This document shows positions 60,766 to 64,000 of a stretch of 64,000 nucleotides of DNA, one piece after another. A program made the position numbers and the translations under genes. The notes beneath the pieces are model-generated. The model ran no database searches and was not told the origin of the DNA. It saw only the letters and a list, made by a program, of their open reading frames with translations. How positions within the stretch are numbered: position 1 is the first letter of the stretch; each line of letters starts with the position of its first letter. Location: the NCBI GenBank assembly GCA_947258755.1, contig CAMYJO010000004.1:35550-99549 (forward strand). The letters are read 5' to 3'. The stretch comes from an uncultured Gammaproteobacteria bacterium. Its GTDB lineage: Bacteria > Pseudomonadota > Gammaproteobacteria > JAADHQ01.

Positions 60766-61712
60766 GTCAACGAAACACCCAGAGCATGCGTGGCCGACAC
60801 CAGCGCATCGACAGTACCGGCTTCGAAGGCAGAATGCCCAGCATCGGCAACTACGCTCAGCGCAGCTTCCGGCCACGCTTTTTTCAGATCAAAGGCCTGC
60901 TGGATTGGACACACCATATCATAACGGCCATGAACGATCATGGCAGGGATATGCTGAATGCGATCCATATTATCCAAGATCTCGTTTGGCTGCAGAAAGG
61001 CATCATGGATAAAGTAATGGCACTCTATGCGCGCCATGCTTAATGCCGTATGCGGCTCCGACAGGCTTGAGACCAGCTCGGCACTCGGACGCAAACTGGC
61101 GCAGCGTGCCTCCCACTTTGACCAGGCCTTGGCCGCGGCCATGCGCGCCAGCTCATCGTCACCGAATAGGCGCCGGGAATAGGCCTGTACAAGATTATCA
61201 CGTTCATTTTCAGGGATAGGGTCAATAAAATCCTGCCAGTAATCCGGGAATACCTGGCTCGCTCCGTGCTGATAGAACCAGTGGATATCCTGCTGTCGGC
61301 ACAGGAAAATACCACGTAGTACCAACCCCGATACTCTTTCAGGATGGGCCTGGGCATACAAAAGTCCCAGTGTTGAACCCCAGGAGCCACCGAACACCAC
61401 CCATCGATCGATCGTCAGATGTTCACGAATATGTTCAATATCGGCGATCAGCGCCGCGGTATTATTTGCTTCCAGACTCGCATGTGGTCGCGACTGGCCG
61501 CAGCCACGCTGATCAAACAGGATGATCCTGTAGATATCGGGATCAAAGAAACGACGGTGACTAGGGTCGCAACCGGCACCCGGTCCACCGTGCAAAAAAA
61601 CCACCGGGATACCGGACGGGTTGCCACATTCCTCAACATACAATACGTGCGGTTTGTCTACCGCGAGACTATGTTTCACATAGGGTTTTAGAGCCGGATA
61701 GAGTTTTTTCAT
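60762..61712 (-). CDS. pip: prolyl aminopeptidase
   Basis: HGGPG, FDQRGCG, GGSWG, GRYD, AGHS. Confidence 0.93.
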   Translation of the reverse strand: MKKLYPALKPYVKHSLAVDKPHVLYVEECGNPSGIPVVFLHGGPGAGCDPSHRRFFDPDIYRIILFDQRGCGQSRPHASLEANNTAALIADIEHIREHLTIDRWVVFGGSWGSTLGLLYAQAHPERVSGLVLRGIFLCRQQDIHWFYQHGASQVFPDYWQDFIDPIPENERDNLVQAYSRRLFGDDELARMAAAKAWSKWEARCASLRPSAELVSSLSEPHTALSMARIECHYFIHDAFLQPNEILDNMDRIQHIPAMIVHGRYDMVCPIQQAFDLKKAWPEAALSVVADAGHSAFEAGTVDALVSATHALGVSLT

Positions 61713-61795
61713 GCAGGTCTCTTGTTATTGTGGGCTGCGCATAGATCAGCCTGCTGACGTGCAACGCCGATACATTATTCAAGCCGGACGTGCTA

Positions 61796-62353
61796 TCAAT
61801 CCCTGACCGTTTCTGGTCGTAACCAGATCGCCGCCGCTATACCCATCAGCAACAAGGCCAATAACACCAACCACGGACCAAAGTATAATAGCTTGCCAGC
61901 AAACGCGATATCAAATGCACGCAGGTACAACATACCAGAATGTAACAATGCGCCCAGAATAAATAACCAGCTAATCAGCTGTTTAACCAGTATCGGTGCA
62001 GCCAGAAAACACAACGTCAGGCCGGCGATAATATTGAGAACGGCCTCGAGGTTACCATGCGCATGCGGCCCGCCCTTCATGTCGTTGATCGGTGCGCGCA
62101 CATTCTCAAGCATACTCAATGCCAGGATGCCGCGGGTATTGGCTTGGGCGAGCTGCTCGGCTGTCAGCGGCTCCATGGTTTCCGGGTTTTCATAATCACT
62201 GCCGGCCAGTTGTTGTAAAAAACCGACATCTTTCTGCTTGGTCTGCATGGCCCCGCTGACATCCGGAAACATGGTCTCGATCATGTACGGACCCAGGGCG
62301 GCCGTAAATACCAGATAGATAAAACCAAAAACGATATTTTTTTTACCAATCAT
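61796..62353 (-). CDS. hypothetical four-TM membrane protein with His motifs
   Basis: GGAG RBS; PHAHGNLE and LLHSGMLY. Confidence 0.7.
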   Translation of the reverse strand: MIGKKNIVFGFIYLVFTAALGPYMIETMFPDVSGAMQTKQKDVGFLQQLAGSDYENPETMEPLTAEQLAQANTRGILALSMLENVRAPINDMKGGPHAHGNLEAVLNIIAGLTLCFLAAPILVKQLISWLFILGALLHSGMLYLRAFDIAFAGKLLYFGPWLVLLALLLMGIAAAIWLRPETVRD

Positions 62354-62450
62354 GATCTTCTCCAGGCAGGCAATAATGATGCGCTAAGGCATTAATATGA
62401 CATAGTTTACATCAAGTATATAGAGCCTTCGAGGCCGAAAACGGACGATT

Positions 62451-62518
62451 TGTAAGAATCATCCTACAAAATAAACCGTGTTTCACCGACTTTTTATACG
62501 CGTTAAATATGGCAGAAT
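62451..62518 (+). promoter_or_regulatory. GacA/UvrY-type upstream box and promoter 1
   Basis: TGTAAG-AATCAT-CCTACA (62451-68), CCGACT (62486-91), CAGAAT (62513-18). Confidence 0.7.
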
Positions 62519-62524
62519 ACTGCA

Positions 62525-62680
62525 CATGAATCATTAATCACCAGGATGGTGGTTATTCAAGGAGTATAAAAGTCTATGGATCAGACGCCTGTCAGCGGAT
62601 AAGGATTTTCAATGACTGGCTCAATCACCTCTAGCCAGGTTTTGGCGCGATAGGCCCCGGTTATTCCGGGGCTTTTTTTT
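62525..62680 (+). ncRNA. CsrB/RsmY/RsmZ-like sRNA candidate 1
   Basis: Five GGA motifs, two in hairpin loops (AATCACC-AGGAT-GGTGGTT; GTCT-ATGGATC-AGAC); terminator GCCCCGG-TTATT-CCGGGGC-T8; 5' end inferred. Confidence 0.7.
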
Positions 62681-62705
62681 CGCCGCATTGCCCACTGAGC
62701 AAGCA

Positions 62706-62773
62706 TTTCGGATTAATCCTACAAGGACATGTGCCATTGTCCGACTACATTACAACATGATATCCATCATAAT
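62706..62773 (+). promoter_or_regulatory. GacA/UvrY-type upstream box and promoter 2
   Basis: TTTCGG-ATTAAT-CCTACA (62706-23), CCGACT (62741-46), CATAAT (62768-73); same spacing as promoter 1. Confidence 0.65.
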
Positions 62774-62779
62774 GGACGC

Positions 62780-62938
62780 ATAGACTGATTGCCGGATAGC
62801 AATCACTACAAGGAAAGATCGCTTTATTTCCATGGAGCGGAGATCAGCCACAGAGAAGGACCCTTCTGGCTGGTTGCTGTCAAACGGACTGCGTTAGCAG
62901 CAATAAAAAACCCGGCATCTGTGTCCGGGTTTTTTATT
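62780..62938 (+). ncRNA. CsrB/RsmY/RsmZ-like sRNA candidate 2
   Basis: Six GGA motifs including the TGATTGC-CGGATA-GCAATCA hairpin; ends at the terminator shared with typA. Confidence 0.68.
62902..62938. terminator. bidirectional intrinsic terminator
   Basis: AATAAAAAACCCGG-CATCTGTGT-CCGGGTTTTTTATT. Confidence 0.8.
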
Positions 62939-62968
62939 GCTCAGGATTCGGCGCTTAGGCCCATCCTT

Positions 62969-64000
62969 TTAATCATTGGCCGCACGTGCCGCTTTTTTAC
63001 GTTCATGTTCGAGCAGGAATTTCTTGCGTAAACGAATAAAATGCGGCGTCACCTCGACCAACTCATCATCATCAATGAATTCCAGCGCTTGTTCCAGCGA
63101 CTGTTTAATCGGTGGCGTCAACACCACGTTTTCATCCGTACCCGATGCACGCACATTGGTCAGCTGCTTACCCTTGAGCGGGTTAACGACCAGATCATTG
63201 TCGCGCGCGTGGATACCGATCACCATGCCTTCGTAAAGCTCATCACCGTGACTGACAAACAAACGCCCGCGTTCCTGCAAGGTGAACAAGGAATAACCCA
63301 CGGCCTTACCGGCACCATTGGAAATCAGTACACCGTTGATGCGCTTGCCATAATCACCCTTCTTCACCGGGCCGTAATGATCAAATACACTATAAATAAG
63401 ACCCGTACCCTGGGTGGCAGTCATAAACTCGGTGCGGAAACCGATTAGTCCTCGTGCTGGCATTATATAATCCAGACGCACACGACCCTTACCATCCGGC
63501 ATCATGTTCTTCAGATCGCCACCACGCAGGCCCAGTTTTTCCATGACTCCGCCCTGGTGTTGTTCTTCAACATCCACGGTAAGCTGCTCAAAGGGCTCCT
63601 GTTTCTCACCATCGACCTCGCGAACGATAACCTCGGGGCGCGACACACCTAATTCGTAACCTTCACGGCGCATGGTCTCTATCAGTACCGACAGGTGTAA
63701 TTCACCGCGGCCTGAAACCCTGAATTTATCGGGATCATCGGTCGGCTCGACCCGCAGCGCGACGTTATGTACCAGCTCACGCTCCAGTCGGTCCTTGATT
63801 TGCCGCGAGGTGACAAACTTGCCGTCTTTGCCGGCCAGTGGTGACTTGTTGACCTGGAAGGTCATGCTCACTGTCGGCTCATCAACAGACAGGGCTGGCA
63901 ATGCTTCGACATTGGCGGGATCGCACAGTGTGTCAGAGATGCCCAGGTTCTCGATACCGGTAAACGCAATGATGTCGCCCGCTTGAGCCTCTTCCACTTC
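62969..64000 (-). CDS. typA: translational GTPase TypA/BipA (partial, C-terminal half)
   Basis: VSGRGELHL..LIETMRREG, KQLTNVRASG, DELVEVTP. Confidence 0.96.
   Translation of the reverse strand, partial: EVEEAQAGDIIAFTGIENLGISDTLCDPANVEALPALSVDEPTVSMTFQVNKSPLAGKDGKFVTSRQIKDRLERELVHNVALRVEPTDDPDKFRVSGRGELHLSVLIETMRREGYELGVSRPEVIVREVDGEKQEPFEQLTVDVEEQHQGGVMEKLGLRGGDLKNMMPDGKGRVRLDYIMPARGLIGFRTEFMTATQGTGLIYSVFDHYGPVKKGDYGKRINGVLISNGAGKAVGYSLFTLQERGRLFVSHGDELYEGMVIGIHARDNDLVVNPLKGKQLTNVRASGTDENVVLTPPIKQSLEQALEFIDDDELVEVTPHFIRLRKKFLLEHERKKAARAAND

Noticed and set aside
62789-63031. 80-aa ORF downstream of typA
   Set aside because: Runs through a terminator and overlaps typA; the region is better explained as an sRNA.

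Overview
Gammaproteobacterial chromosomal window; the lineage is inferred from gene content and synteny. Core blocks are cca-uppP, folM/folK/folB-plsY-tsaD, rpsU-yqeY-dnaG-rpoD, hisBHAFIE-tatABC, fnr-ompW-ccoNOQP-ccoGH, pip-dtd and a partial typA. The non-routine content is: (1) tRNA-Ile(CAU) after rpoD, split by a 257-nt group I intron at the Azoarcus-type site, with a leader holding one direct and one inverted copy of the tRNA 5' end; (2) an integrase-less, minus-strand integron cassette array (~36.1-41.1 kb) with five ordinary attC sites plus three related CGAGACCCC-palindrome sites, two of which close cassettes while one heads the array like attI; (3) a solitary cassette at 27.76-28.06 kb; (4) two tandem GGA-rich Csr/Rsm-type sRNA candidates with identically spaced GacA/UvrY-like promoters; (5) a 1702-aa secreted adhesin-like protein with four copies of an unrecognised 4-Cys domain and a sigma54 plus TGT-N11-ACA promoter; (6) a leaderless arsR-arsM unit, a small SOR-like protein, an RpfC-like kinase module and several repeat families. 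All calls were made by eye without database searches, and some start codons were adjusted from the ORF track.
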